Source of the DNA: Eledone cirrhosa
Lineage: Eukaryota
Length of the DNA: 64,000 nucleotides
Assembly (NCBI GenBank): GCA_964016885.1
Contig: OZ024744.1
Location: forward strand, 105,958,001 to 106,022,000
Reading direction: 5' to 3'
The position numbers were made by a program, and so were the translations under genes. The notes beneath the pieces are model-generated. The model searched no databases. It was not told the DNA's origin and saw nothing but the letters and a program-made list of their open reading frames with translations. Numbering within the stretch: position 1 is the first letter of the stretch; each line of letters opens with the position of its first letter. Positions 25,001 through 40,000 of this stretch are shown here, one piece after another.

Positions 25001-28000
25001 CTGTACATGTGATAAGTGACTGGATGTGACTGTACATGTGATAAGTGACTGGATGTGACTGTACATGGAATAAGTGACTGGATGTGACTGTACATGTGAT
25101 AAGTGACTGGATGTGACTGTACATGTACAGTCACATCCAGTCACTTATCACATGTACAGTCACATCCAGTCACATCCAGTCACTTATCACATGTACAGTC
25201 ACATCCAGTCACTTATCACATGTACAGTCACATCCAGTCACTTATTCCATGTACAGTCACATCCAGTCACTTATCACATGTACAGTCACATCCAGTCACT
25301 TATCACATGTACAGTCACATCCAGTCACTTATCACATGTACAGTCACATCCAGTCACTTCTCACATGTACAGTCACATCCAGTCACTTCTCACATGTACA
25401 GTCACATCCAGTCACTTATCACATGTACAGTCACTTATCACATGTACAGTCACATCCAGTCACTTATCACATGTACTGTCACATCCAGTCACTTATCACA
25501 TGTACAGTCACATCCAGTCACTTATCACATGTACAGTCACATCCAGTCACATATCACATGTACAGTCACATCCAGTCACTTATTCCATGTACAGTCACAT
25601 CCAGTCACTTATTCCATGTACAGTCACATCCAGTCACTTATTCCATGTACAGTCACATCCAGTCACTTCTCACATGTACAGTCACATCCAGTCACTTATC
25701 ACATGTACAGTCACATCCAGTCACTTATCACATGTACAGTCACATCCAGTCACTTATCACATGTACAGTCACATCCAGTCACTTATCACATGTACAGTCA
25801 CATCGAGTCACTTATTCCATGTACAGTCACATCCAGTCACTTATCACATGTACAGTCACATCCAGTCACTTATCACATGTACAGTCACATCCAGTCACAT
25901 CCAGTCACGTATCACATGTACAGTCACATCCAGTCACTTATCACATGTACAGTCACATCCAGTCACTTATCACATGTACAGTCACATCCAGTCACTTATT
26001 CCATGTACAGTCACATCCAGTCACTTATCACATGTACAGTCACATCCAGTCACTTATCACATGTACAGTCACATCCAGTCACTTATCACATGTACAGTCA
26101 CATCCAGTCACTTATCACATGTACAGTCACATCCAGTCACTTATTCCATGTACAGTCACATCCAGTCACTTATCACATGTACAGTCACATCCAGTCACTT
26201 ATCACATGTACAGTCACATCCAGTCACTTATCACATGTACAGTCACATCCAGTCACTTATCACATGTACAGTCACATCCAGTCACTTATCACATGTACAG
26301 TCACATCCAGTCACTTATCACATGTACAGTCACATCCAGTCACTTCTCACATGTACAGTCACATCCAGTCACTTATCACATGTACAGTCACATCCAGTCA
26401 CTTATCACATGTACAGTCACATCCAGTCACTTCTCACATGTACAGTCACATCCAGTCACTTATCACATGTACAGTCACATCCAGTCACTTATCACATGTA
26501 CAGTCACATCCAGTCACTTATCACATGTACAGTCACATCCAGTCACTTATCACATGTACAGTCACATCCAGTCACTTATCACATGTACAGTCACATCCAG
26601 TCACTTCTCACATGTACAGTCACATCCAGTCACTTATTCCATGTACAGTCACATCCAGTCACTTATCACATGTATAGTCACATCCAGTCACTTATCACAT
26701 GTACAGTCACATCCAGTCACTTCTCACATGTACAGTCACATCCAGTCACTTATCACATGTACAGTCACATCCAGTCACTTATCACATGTACAGTCACATC
26801 CAGTCACTTATCACATGTACAGTCACATCCAGTCACTTATTCCATGTACAGTCACATCCAGTCACTTATCACATGTACAGTCACATCCAGTCACTTATCA
26901 CATGTATAGTCACATCCAGTCACTTATCACATGTACAGTCACATCCAGTCACTTATTCCATGTACAGTCACATCCAGTCACTTCTCACATGTAGTCACAT
27001 CCAGTCACTTATCACATGTACAGTCACATCCAGTCACTTATCACATGTACAGTCACATCCAGTCACTTATCACATGTACAGTCACATCCAGTCACTTATC
27101 ACATGTACAGTCACATCCAGTCACTTCTCACATGTACAGTCACATCCAGTCACTTATCACATGTACAGTCACATCCAGTCACTTATTCCATGTACAGTCA
27201 CATCCAGTCACTTATTCCATGTACAGTCACATCCAGTCACTTCTCACATGTACAGTCACATCCAGTCACTTATCACATGTACAGTCACATCCAGTCACTT
27301 ATCACATGTACAGTCACATCCAGTCACTTATTCCATGTACAGTCACATCCAGTCACTTCTCACATGTACAGTCACATCCAGTCACTTCTCACATGTACAG
27401 TCACATCCAGTCACTTATTCCATGTACAGTCACATCCAGTCACTTATCACATGTACAGTCACATCCAGTCACTTCTCACATGTACAGTCACATCCAGTCA
27501 CTTATCACATGTACAGTCACATCCAGTCACTTATTCCATGTACAGTCACATCCAGTCACTTATCACATGTACAGTCACATCCAGTCACTTATCACATGTA
27601 CAGTCACATCCAGTCACTTATTCCATGTACAGTCACATCCAGTCACTTATCACATGTACAGTCACATCCAGTCACTTATCACATGTACAGTCACATCCAG
27701 TCACTTATCACATGTACAGTCACATCCAGTCACTTCTCACATGTACAGTCACACCCAGTCACTTATCACATGTACAGTCACTTATCACATGTACAGTCAC
27801 ATCCAGTCACTTAATCACATGTACAGTCACATCCAGTCACTTATCACATGTACAGTCACATCCAGTCACTTATCACATGTACAGTCACATCCAGTCACAT
27901 ATCACATGTACAGTCACATCCAGTCACTTATTCCATGTACAGTCACATCCAGTCACTTATTCCATGTACAGTCACATCCAGTCACTTATTCCATGTATAG

Positions 28001-31000
28001 TCACATCCAGTCACTTCTCACATGTACAGTCACATCCAGTCACTTATCACATGTACAGTCACATCCAGTCACTTATCACATGTACAGTCACATCCAGTCA
28101 CTTATCACATGTACAGTCACATCCAGTCACTTATCACATGTACAGTCACATCCAGTCACTTATTCCATGTACAGTCACATCCAGTCACTTATCACATGTA
28201 CAGTCACATCCAGTCACTTATCACATGTACAGTCACATCCAGTCACATCAGTCACTTATCACATGTACAGTCACATCCAGTCACTTATCACATGTACAGT
28301 CACATCCAGTCACTTATTCCATGTACAGTCACATCCAGTCACTTATCACATGTACAGTCACATCCAGTCACTTATCACATGTACAGTCACATCCAGTCAC
28401 TTATCACATGTACAGTCACATCCAGTCACTTATCACATGTACAGTCACATCCAGTCACTTATCACATGTACAGTCACATCCAGTCACTTATTCCATGTAC
28501 AGTCACATCCAGTCACTTATCACATGTACAGTCACTTATCACATGTACAGTCACATCCAGTCACTTATCACATGTACAGTCACATCCAGTCACTTATCAC
28601 ATGTACAGTCACATCCAGTCACTAATCACATGTACAGTCACATCCAGTCACTTATCACATGTACAGTCACATCCAGTCACTTCTCACATGTACAGTCACA
28701 TCCAGTCACTTCTCACATGTACAGTCACATCCAGTCACTTATCACATGTACAGTCACATCCAGTCACTTATCACATGTACAGTCACTTATCACATGTACA
28801 GTCACATCCAGTCACTTATCACATGTACAGTCACATCCAGTCACTTATCACATGTACAGTCACATCCAGTCACTTATCACATGTACAGTCACATCCTGTC
28901 ACTTATCACATGTACAGTCACATCCAGTCACTTATCACATGTACAGTCACATCCAGTCACTTCTCACATGTACAGTCACATCCAGTCACTTATTCCATGT
29001 ACAGTCACATCCAGTCACTTATCACATGTACAGTCACATCCAGTCACTTATCACATGTACAGTCACTTATCACATGTACAGTCACATCCAGTCACTTATT
29101 CCATGTACATTCACATCCAGTCACTTATCACATGTACAGTCACATCCAGTCACTTATTCCATGTACAGTCACATCCAGTCACTTCTCACATGTACAGTCA
29201 CATCCAGTCACTTATCACATGTACAGTCACATCCAGTCACTTATTCCATGTACAGTCACATCCAGTCACTTATTCCATGTACAGTCACATCCAGTCACTT
29301 ATTCCATGTACAGTCACATCCAGTCACTTATCACATGTACAGTCACATCCAGTCACTTATCACATGTACAGTCACATCCAGTCACTTCTCACATGTACAG
29401 TCACATCCAGTCACTTATCACATGTACAGTCACATCCAGTCACTTATTCCATGTACAGTCACATCCAGTCACTTATCACATGTACAGTCACATCCAGTCA
29501 CTTCTCACATGTACAGTCACATCCAGTCACTTCTCACATGTACAGTCACATCCAGTCACTTATCACATGTACAGTCACATCCAGTCACTTATCACATGTA
29601 CAGTCACATCAGTCACTTATCACATGTTCAGTCACTTATCACATGTACAGTCACATCCAGTCACTTATCACATGTACAGTCACATCCAGTCACTTCTCAC
29701 ATGTACAGTCACATCCAGTCACTTATCACATGTACAGTCACATCCAGTCACTTATCACATGTACAGTCACATCCAGTCACTTATCACATGTACAGTCACT
29801 TATCACATGTACAGTCACATCCAGTCACTTATCACATGTACAGTCACATCCAGTCACTTATTCCATGTACAGTCACATCCAGTCACTTATCACATGTACA
29901 GTCACATCCAGTCACTTCTCACATGTACAGTCACATCCAGTCACTTATCACATGTACAGTCACATCCAGTCACTTCTCACATGTACAGTCACATCCAGTC
30001 ACTTATCACATGTACAGTCACATCCAGTCACTTATCACATGTACAGTCACATCCAGTCACTTATCACATGTACAGTCACATCCAGTCACTTATTCCATGT
30101 ACAGTCACATCCAGTCACTTCTCACATGTACAGTCACATCCAGTCACTTATTCCATGTACAGTCACATCCAGTCACTTATTCCATGTACAGTCACATCCA
30201 GTCACTTATTCCATGTACAGTCACATCCAGTCACTTATCACATGTACAGTCACATCCAGTCACTTCTCACATGTACAGTCACATCCAGTCACTTATCACA
30301 TGTACAGTCACATCCAGTCACTTATCACATGTACAGTCACATCCAGTCACTTCTCACATGTACAGTCACATCCAGTCACTTATCACATGTACAGTCACAT
30401 CCAGTCACTTATCACATGTACAGTCACATCCAGTCACTTATCACATGTACAGTCACATCCAGTCACTTATTCCATGTACAGTCACATCCAGTCACTTATC
30501 ACATGTACAGTCACATCCAGTCACTTATTCCATGTACAGTCACATCCAGTCACTTCTCACATGTACAGTTACATCCAGTCACTTCTCACATGTACAGTCA
30601 CATCCAGTCACTTATTCCATGTACAGTCACATCCAGTCACTTATCACATGTACAGTCACATCCAGTCACTTCTCACATGTACAGTCACATCCAGTCACTT
30701 ATCACATGTACAGTCACATCCAGTCACTTAATCCATGTACAGTCACATCCAGTCACTTATCACATGTACAGTCACATCCAGTCACTTATCACATGTACAG
30801 TCACATCCAGTCACTTATCACATGTACAGTCACATCCAGTCACTTATCACATGTACAGTCACATCCAGTCACTTATCACATGTACAGTCACATCCAGTCA
30901 CTTCTCACATGTACAGTCACATCCAGTCACTTATCACATGTACAGTCACATCCAGTCACTTATCACATGTACAGTCACATCCAGTCACTTATTCCATGTA

Positions 31001-34000
31001 CAGTCACATCCAGTCACTTCTCCATGTACAGTCACATCCAGTCACTTCTCCCATGTACAGTCACATCCAGTCACTTATCACATGTACAGTCACATCCAGT
31101 CACTTATCACATGTACAGTCACATCCAGTCACTTATCACATGTACAGTCACATCCAGTCACTTATCACATGTACAGTCACATCCAGTCACTTATCACATG
31201 TACAGTCACATCCAGTCACTTCTCCCATGTACAGTCACATCCAGTCACTTATCACATGTACAGTCACATCCAGTCACTTATCACATGTACAGTCACATCC
31301 AGTCACTTATCACATGTACAGTCACATCCAGTCACTTCTCCCATGTACAGTCACATCCAGTCACTTATCACATGTACAGTCACATCCAGTCACTTCTCCC
31401 ATGTACAGTCACATCCAGTCACTTATCACATGTACAGTCACATCCAGTCACTTCTCACATGTACAGTCACATCCAGTCACTTATTCCATGTACAGTCACA
31501 TCCAGTCACTTATTCCATGTACAGTCACATCAGTCACTTATCACATGTACAGTCACATCCAGTCACTTCTCACATGTACAGTCACATCCAGTCACTTCTC
31601 ACATGTACAGTCACATCCAGTCACTTATCACATGTACAGTCACATCCAGTCACTTATCACATGTACAGTCACATCCAGTCACTTATCACATGTACAGTCA
31701 CATCCAGTCACTTATCACATGTACAGTCACATCCAGTCACTTATCACATGTACAGTCACATCCAGTCACTTCTCACATGTACAGTCACATCCAGTCACTT
31801 ATCACATGTACAGTCACATCCAGTCACTTATTCCATGTACAGTCACATCCAGTCACTTATTCCATGTACAGTCACATCCAGTCACTTCTCACATGTACAG
31901 TCACATCCAGTCACTTATCACATGTACAGTCACATCCAGTCACTTATCACATGTACAGTCACATCCAGTCACTTATTCCATGTACAGTCACATCAGTCAC
32001 TTTTCACATGTACAGTCACATCCAGTCACTTCTCACATGTACAGTCACATCCAGTCACTTATTCCATGTACAGTCACATCCAGTCACTTATCACATGTAC
32101 AGTCACATCCAGTCACTTCTCACATGTACAGTCACATCCAGTCACTTATCACATGTACAGTCACATCCAGTCACATCCAGTCACTTATCACATGTACAGT
32201 CACATCCAGTCACTTATCACATGTACAGTCACATCCAGTCACTTATTCCATGTACAGTCACATCCAGTCACTTATCACATGTACAGTCACATCCAGTCAC
32301 TTATCACATGTACAGTCACATCCAGTCACTTATCACATGTACAGTCACATCCAGTCACTTCTCACATGTACAGTCACATCCAGTCACTTCTCACATGTAC
32401 AGTCACATCCAGTCACTTATCACATGTACAGTCACTTATCACATGTACAGTCACATCCAGTCACTTATCACATGTACTGTCACATCCAGTCACTTATCAC
32501 ATGTACAGTCACATCCAGTCACTTATCACATGTACAGTCACATCCAGTCACATATCACATGTACAGTCACATCCAGTCACTTATTCCATGTACAGTCACA
32601 TCCAGTCACTTATTCCATGTACAGTCACATCCAGTCACTTATTCCATGTACAGTCACATCCAGTCACTTCTCACATGTACAGTCACATCCAGTCACTTAT
32701 CACATGTACAGTCACATCCAGTCACTTATCACATGTACAGTCACATCCAGTCACTTATCACATGTAACAGTCACATCCAGTCACTTATCACATGTACAGT
32801 CACATCCAGTCACTTATCACATGTACAGTCACATCCAGTCACTTATCACATGTACAGTACATCCAGTCACATCCAGTCACTTATCACATGTACAGTCACA
32901 TCCAGTCACTTATCACATGTACAGTCACATCCAAGTCACTTATCACNNNNNNNNNNNNNNNNNNNNNNNNNNNNNNNNNNNNNNNNNNNNNNNNNNNNNN
33001 NNNNNNNNNNNNNNNNNNNNNNNNNNNNNNNNNNNNNNNNNNNNNNNNNNNNNNNNNNNNNNNNNNNNNNNNNNNNNNNNNNNNNNNNNNNNNNNNNNNN
33101 NNNNNNNNNNNNNNNNNNNNNNNNNNNNNNNNNNNNNNNNNNNNNNTGATAAGTGACTGGATGTGACTGTACATGTGATAAGTGACTGTACATGTGATAA
33201 GTGACTGGATGTGACTGTACATGTGAGAAGTGACTGGATGTGACTGTACATGTGATAAGTGACTGGATGTGACTGTACATGTGATAAGTGACTGGATGTG
33301 ACTGTACATGTGATAAGTGACTGGATGTGACTGTACATGGAATAAGTGACTGGATGTGACTGTACATGTGATAAGTGACTGGATGTGACTGTACATGTGA
33401 TAAGTGACTGGATGTGACTGTACATGGAATAAGTGACTGGATGTGACTGTACATGTGATAAGTGACTGGATGTGACTGTACATGTGATAAGTGACTGGAT
33501 GTGACTGTACATGTGATAAGTGACTGGATGTGACTGTACATGTGAATAAGTGACTGGATGTGACTGTACATGTGATAAGTGACTGGATGTGACTGTACAT
33601 GTGAGAAGTGACTGGATGTGACTGTACATGTGATAAGTGACTGGATGTGACTGTACATGTGATAAGTGACTGGATGTGACTGTACATGTGATAAGTGACT
33701 GGATGTGACTGTACATGTGATAAGTGACTGGATGTGACTGTACATGGATAAGTGACTGGATGTGACTGTACATGGATAAGTGACTGGATGTGACTGTACA
33801 TGTGATAAGTGACTGGATGTGACTGTACATGTGAGAAGTGACTGGATGTGTGACTGTACATGTGATAAGTGACTGGATGTGACTGTACATGTGATAAGTG
33901 ACTGGATGTGACTGTACATGTGATAAGTGACTGGATGTGACTGTACATGTGATAAGTGACTGGATGTGACTACATGTGAGAAGTGACTGGATGTGACTGT

Positions 34001-37000
34001 ACATGGAATAAGTGACTGGATGTGACTGTACATGTGATAAGTGACTGGATGTGACTGTACATGTGATAAGTGACTGGATGTGACTGTACATGTGATAAGT
34101 GACTGGATGTGACTGTACATGGAATAAGTGACTGGATGTGACTGTACATGTGATAAGTGACTGGATGTGACTGTACATGTGATAAGTGACTGGATGTGAC
34201 TGTACATGTGATAAGTGACTGGATGTGACTGTACATGTGATAAGTGACTGGATGTGACTGTACATGTGATAAGTGACTGGATGTGACTGTACATGTGATA
34301 AGTGACTGGATGTGACTGTACATGGAATAAGTGACTGGATGTGACTGTACATGTGAGAAGTGACTGGATGTGACTGTACATGTGATAAGTGACTGGATGT
34401 GACTGTACATGTGATAAGTGACTGGATGTGACTGTACATGTGATAAGTGACTGGATGTGACTGTACATGTGATAAGTGACTGGATGTGACTGTACATGTG
34501 ATAAGTGACTGGATGTGACTGTACATGTGAGAAGTGACTGGATGTGACTGTACATGTGATAAGTGACTGGATGTGACTGTACATGTGATAAGTGACTGGA
34601 TGTGACTGTACATGTGAGAAGTGACTGGATGTGACTGTACATGTGATAAGTGACTGGATGTGACTGTACATGTGATAAGTGACTGGATGTGACTGTACAT
34701 GTGATAAGTGACTGGATGTGACTGTACATGTGATAAGTGACTGGATGTGACTGTACATGTGATAAGTGACTGGATGTGACTGTACATGTGATAAGTGACT
34801 GGATGTGACTGTACATGGAATAAGTGACTGGATGTGACTGTACATGTGATAAGTGACTGGATGTGACTGTACATGTGATAAGTGACTGGATGTGACTGTA
34901 CATGTGATAAGTGACTGGATGTGACTGTACATGTGATAAGTGACTGGATGTGACTGTACATGGAATAAGTGACTGGATGTGACTGTACATGTGATAAGTG
35001 ACTGGATGTGACTGTACATGTGATAAGTGACTGGATGTGACTGTACATGTGATACGTGACTGGATGTGACTGGATGTGACTGTACATGTGATAAGTGACT
35101 GGATGTGACTGTACATGTGATAAGTGACTGGATGTGACTGTACATGGAATAAGTGACTGGATGTGACTGTACATGTGATAAGTGACTGGATGTGACTGTA
35201 CATGTGATAAGTGACTGGATGTGACTGTACATGTGATAAGTGACTGGATGTGACTGTACATGTGATAAGTGACTGGATGTGACTGTACATGTGAGAAGTG
35301 ACTGGATGTGACTGTACATGGAATAAGTGACTGGATGTGACTGTACATGGAATAAGTGACTGGATGTGACTGTACATGGAATAAGTGACTGGATGTGACT
35401 GTACATGTGATATGTGACTGGATGTGACTGTACATGTGATAAGTGACTGGATGTGACTGTACATGTGATAAGTGACTGGATGTGACAGTACATGTGATAA
35501 GTGACTGGATGTGACTGTACATGTGATAAGTGACTGTACATGTGATAAGTGACTGGATGTGACTGTACATGTGAGAAGTGACTGGATGTGACTGTACATG
35601 TGAGAAGTGACTGGATGTGACTGTACATGTGATAAGTGACTGGATGTGACTGTACATGTGATAAGTGACTGGATGTGACTGTACATGTGATAAGTGACTG
35701 GATGTGACTGTACATGGAATAAGTGACTGGATGTGACTGTACATGTGATAAGTGACTGGATGTGACTGTACATGTGATAAGTGACTGGATGTGACTGATG
35801 ACTGTACATGTGATAAGTGACTGGATGTGACTGTACATGTGAGAAGTGACTGGATGTGACTGTACATGTGATAAGTGACTGGATGTGACTGTACATGGAA
35901 TAAGTGACTGGATGTGACTGTACATGTGAGAAGTGACTGGATGTGACTGTACATGTGAAAAGTGACTGGATGTGACTGTACATGGAATAAGTGACTGGAT
36001 GTGACTGTACATGTGATAAGTGACTGGATGTGACTGTACATGTGATAAGTGACTGGATGTGACTGTACATGTGAGAAGTGACTGGATGTGACTGTACATG
36101 GAATAAGTGACTGGATGTGACTGTACATGGAATAAGTGACTGGATGTGACTGTACATGTGATAAGTGACTGGATGTGACTGTACATGTGAGAAGTGACTG
36201 GATGTGACTGTACATGTGATAAGTGACTGGATGTGACTGTACATGTGATAAGTGACTGGATGTGACTGTACATGTGATAAGTGACTGGATGTGACTGTAC
36301 ATGTGATAAGTGACTGGATGTGACTGTACATGTGATAAGTGACTGGATGTGACTGTACATGTGAGAAGTGACTGGATGTGACTGTACATGTGAGAAGTGA
36401 CTGGATGTGACTGTACATGTGATAAGTGACTGGATGTGACTGTACATGGAATAAGTGACTGGATGTGACTGTACATGGAATAAGTGACTGGATGTGACTG
36501 TACATGTGAGAAGTGACTGGATGTGACTGTACATGTGATAAGTGACTGGATGTGACTGTACATGTGATAAGTGACTGGATGTGACTGTACATGTGATAAG
36601 TGACTGGATGTGACTGTACATGGAGAAGTGACTGGATGTGACTGTACATGTGATAAGTGACTGGATGTGACTGTACATGTGATAAGTGACTGGATGTGAC
36701 TGTACATGTGATAAGTGACTGGATGTGACTGTACATGTGATAAGTGACTGGATGTGACTGTACATGGATAAGTGACTGGATGTGACTGTACATGTGATAA
36801 GTGACTGGATGTGACTGTACATGTGATAAGTGACTGGATGTGACTGTACATGTGATAAGTGACTGGATGTGACTGTACATGTGATAAGTGACTGGATGTG
36901 ACTGTACATGGAATAAGTGACTGGATGTGACTGTACATGTGATAAGTGACTGGATGTGACTGTACATGTGATAAGTGACTGGATGTGACTGTACATGTGA

Positions 37001-40000
37001 TAAGTGACTGGATGTGACTGGATGTGACTGTACATGTGATAAGTGACTGGATGTGACTGTACATGTGATAAGTGACTGGATGTGACTGTACATGGAATAA
37101 GTGACTGGATGTGACTGTACATGTGATAAGTGACTGGATGTGACTGTACATGTGATAAGTGACTGGATGTGACTGTACATGTGATAAGTGACTGGATGTG
37201 ACTGTACATGTGATAAGTGACTGGATGTGACTGTACATGTGAGAAGTGACTGGATGTGACTGTACATGGAATAAGTGACTGGATGTGACTGTACATGGAA
37301 TAAGTGACTGGATGTGACTGTACATGGAATAAGTGACTGGATGTGACTGTACATGTGATATGTGACTGGATGTGACTGTACATGTGATAAGTGACTGGAT
37401 GTGACTGTACATGTGATAAGTGACTGGATGTGACTGTACATGTGATAAGTGACTGGATGTGACTGTACATGTGATAAGTGACTGTACATGTGATAAGTGA
37501 CTGGATGTGACTGTACATGTGAGAAGTGACTGGATGTGACTGTACATGTGAGAAGTGACTGGATGTGACTGTACATGTGATAAGTGACTGGATGTGACTG
37601 TACATGTGATAAGTGACTGGATGTGACTGTACATGTGATAAGTGACTGGATGTGACTGTACATGGATAAGTGACTGGATGTGACTGTACATGTGATAAGT
37701 GACTGGATGTGACTGTACATGTGATAAGTGACTGATGTGACTGATGTGACTGTACATGTGATAAGTGACTGGATGTGACTGTACATGTGAGAAGTGACTG
37801 GATGTGACTGTACATGTGATAAGTGACTGGATGTGACTGTACATGGAATAAGTGACTGGATGTGACTGTACATGTGAGAAGTGACTGGATGTGACTGTAC
37901 ATGTGAAAAGTGACTGGATGTGACTGTACATGTGAATAAGTGACTGGATGTGACTGTACATGTGATAAGTGACTGGATGTGACTGTACATGTGATAAGTG
38001 ACTGGATGTGACTGTACATGTGAGAAGTGACTGGATGTGACTGTACATGGAATAAGTGACTGGATGTGACTGTACATGGAATAAGTGACTGGATGTGACT
38101 GTACATGTGATAAGTGACTGGATGTGACTGTACATGTGAGAAGTGACTGGATGTGACTGTACATGTGATAAGTGACTGGATGTGACTGTACATGTGATAA
38201 GTGACTGGATGTGACTGTACATGTGATAAGTGACTGGATGTGACTGTACATGTGATAAGTGACTGGATGTGACTGTACATGTGATAAGTGACTGGATGTG
38301 ACTGTACATGTGAGAAGTGACTGGATGTGACTGTACATGTGATAAGTGACTGGATGTGACTGTACATGTGATAAGTGACTGGATGTGACTGTACATGTGA
38401 TAAGTGACTGGATGTGACTGTACATGGAATAAGTGACTGGATGTGACTGTACATGTGATAAGTGACTGGATGTGACTGTACATGTGATAAGTGACTGGAT
38501 GTGACTGTACATGGGAGAAGTGACTGGATGTGACTGTACATGTGATAAGTGACTGGATGTGACTGTACATGTGAGAAGTGACTGGATGTGACTGTACATG
38601 TGATAAGTGACTGGATGTGACTGTACATGTGATAAGTGACTGGATGTGACTGTACATGTGATAAGTGACTGGATGTGACTGTACATGGGAGAAGTGACTG
38701 GATGTGACTGTACATGTGATAAGTGACTGGATGTGACTGTACATGTGATAAGTGACTGGATGTGACTGTACATGTGATAAGTGACTGGATGTGACTGTAC
38801 ATGTGATAAGTGACTGGATGTGACTGTACATGGGAGAAGTGACTGGATGTGACTGTACATGGGAGAAGTGACTGGATGTGACTGTACATGGAATAAGTGA
38901 CTGGATGTGACTGTACATGTGATAAGTGACTGGATGTGACTGTACATGTGATAAGTGACTGGATGTGACTGTACATGTGAGAAGTGACTGGATGTGACTG
39001 TACATGTGATAAGTGACTGGATGTGACTGTACATGTGATAAGTGACTGGATGTGACTGTACATGTGATAAGTGACTGGATGTGACTGTACATGTGATAAG
39101 TGACTGGATGTGACTGTACATGTGATAAGTGACTGGATGTGACTGTACATGGATTAAGTGACTGGATGTGACTGTACATGTGATAAGTGACTGGATGTGA
39201 CTGTACATGTGAGAAGTGACTGGATGTGACTGTACATGTGATAAGTGACTGGATGTGACTGTACATGGAATAAGTGACTGGATGTGACTGTACATGTGAG
39301 AAGTGACTGGATGTAACTGTACATGTGAGAAGTGACTGGATGTGACTGTACATGGAATAAGTGACTGGATGTGACTGTACATGTGATAAGTGACTGGATG
39401 TGACTGTACATGGAATAAGTGACTGGATGTGACTGTACATGTGATAAGTGACTGGATGTGACTGTACATGTGATAAGTGACTGGATGTGACTGTACATGT
39501 GATAAGTGACTGGATGTGACTGTACATGTGAGAAGTGACTGGATGTGACTGTACATGTGATAAGTGACTGGATGTGACTGTACATGTGATAAGTGACTGG
39601 ATGTGACTGTACATGTGATAAGTGACTGGATGTGACTGTACATGTGATAAGTGACTGGATGTGACTGTACATGTGAGAAGTGACTGGATGTGACTGTACA
39701 TGTGATAAGTGACTGGATGTGACTGTACATGGAATAAGTGACTGGATGTGACTGTACATGGAATAAGTGACTGGATGTGACTGTACATGGAATAAGTGAC
39801 TGGATGTGACTGTACATGTGAGAAGTGACTGGATGTGACTGTACATGGAATAAGTGACTGGATGTGACTGTACATGTGATAAGTGACTGGATGTGACTGT
39901 ACATGTGATAAGTGACTGGATGTGACTGTACATGTGATAAGTGACTGGATGTGACTGTACATGTGAGAAGTGACTGGATGTGACTGTACATGTGATAAGT

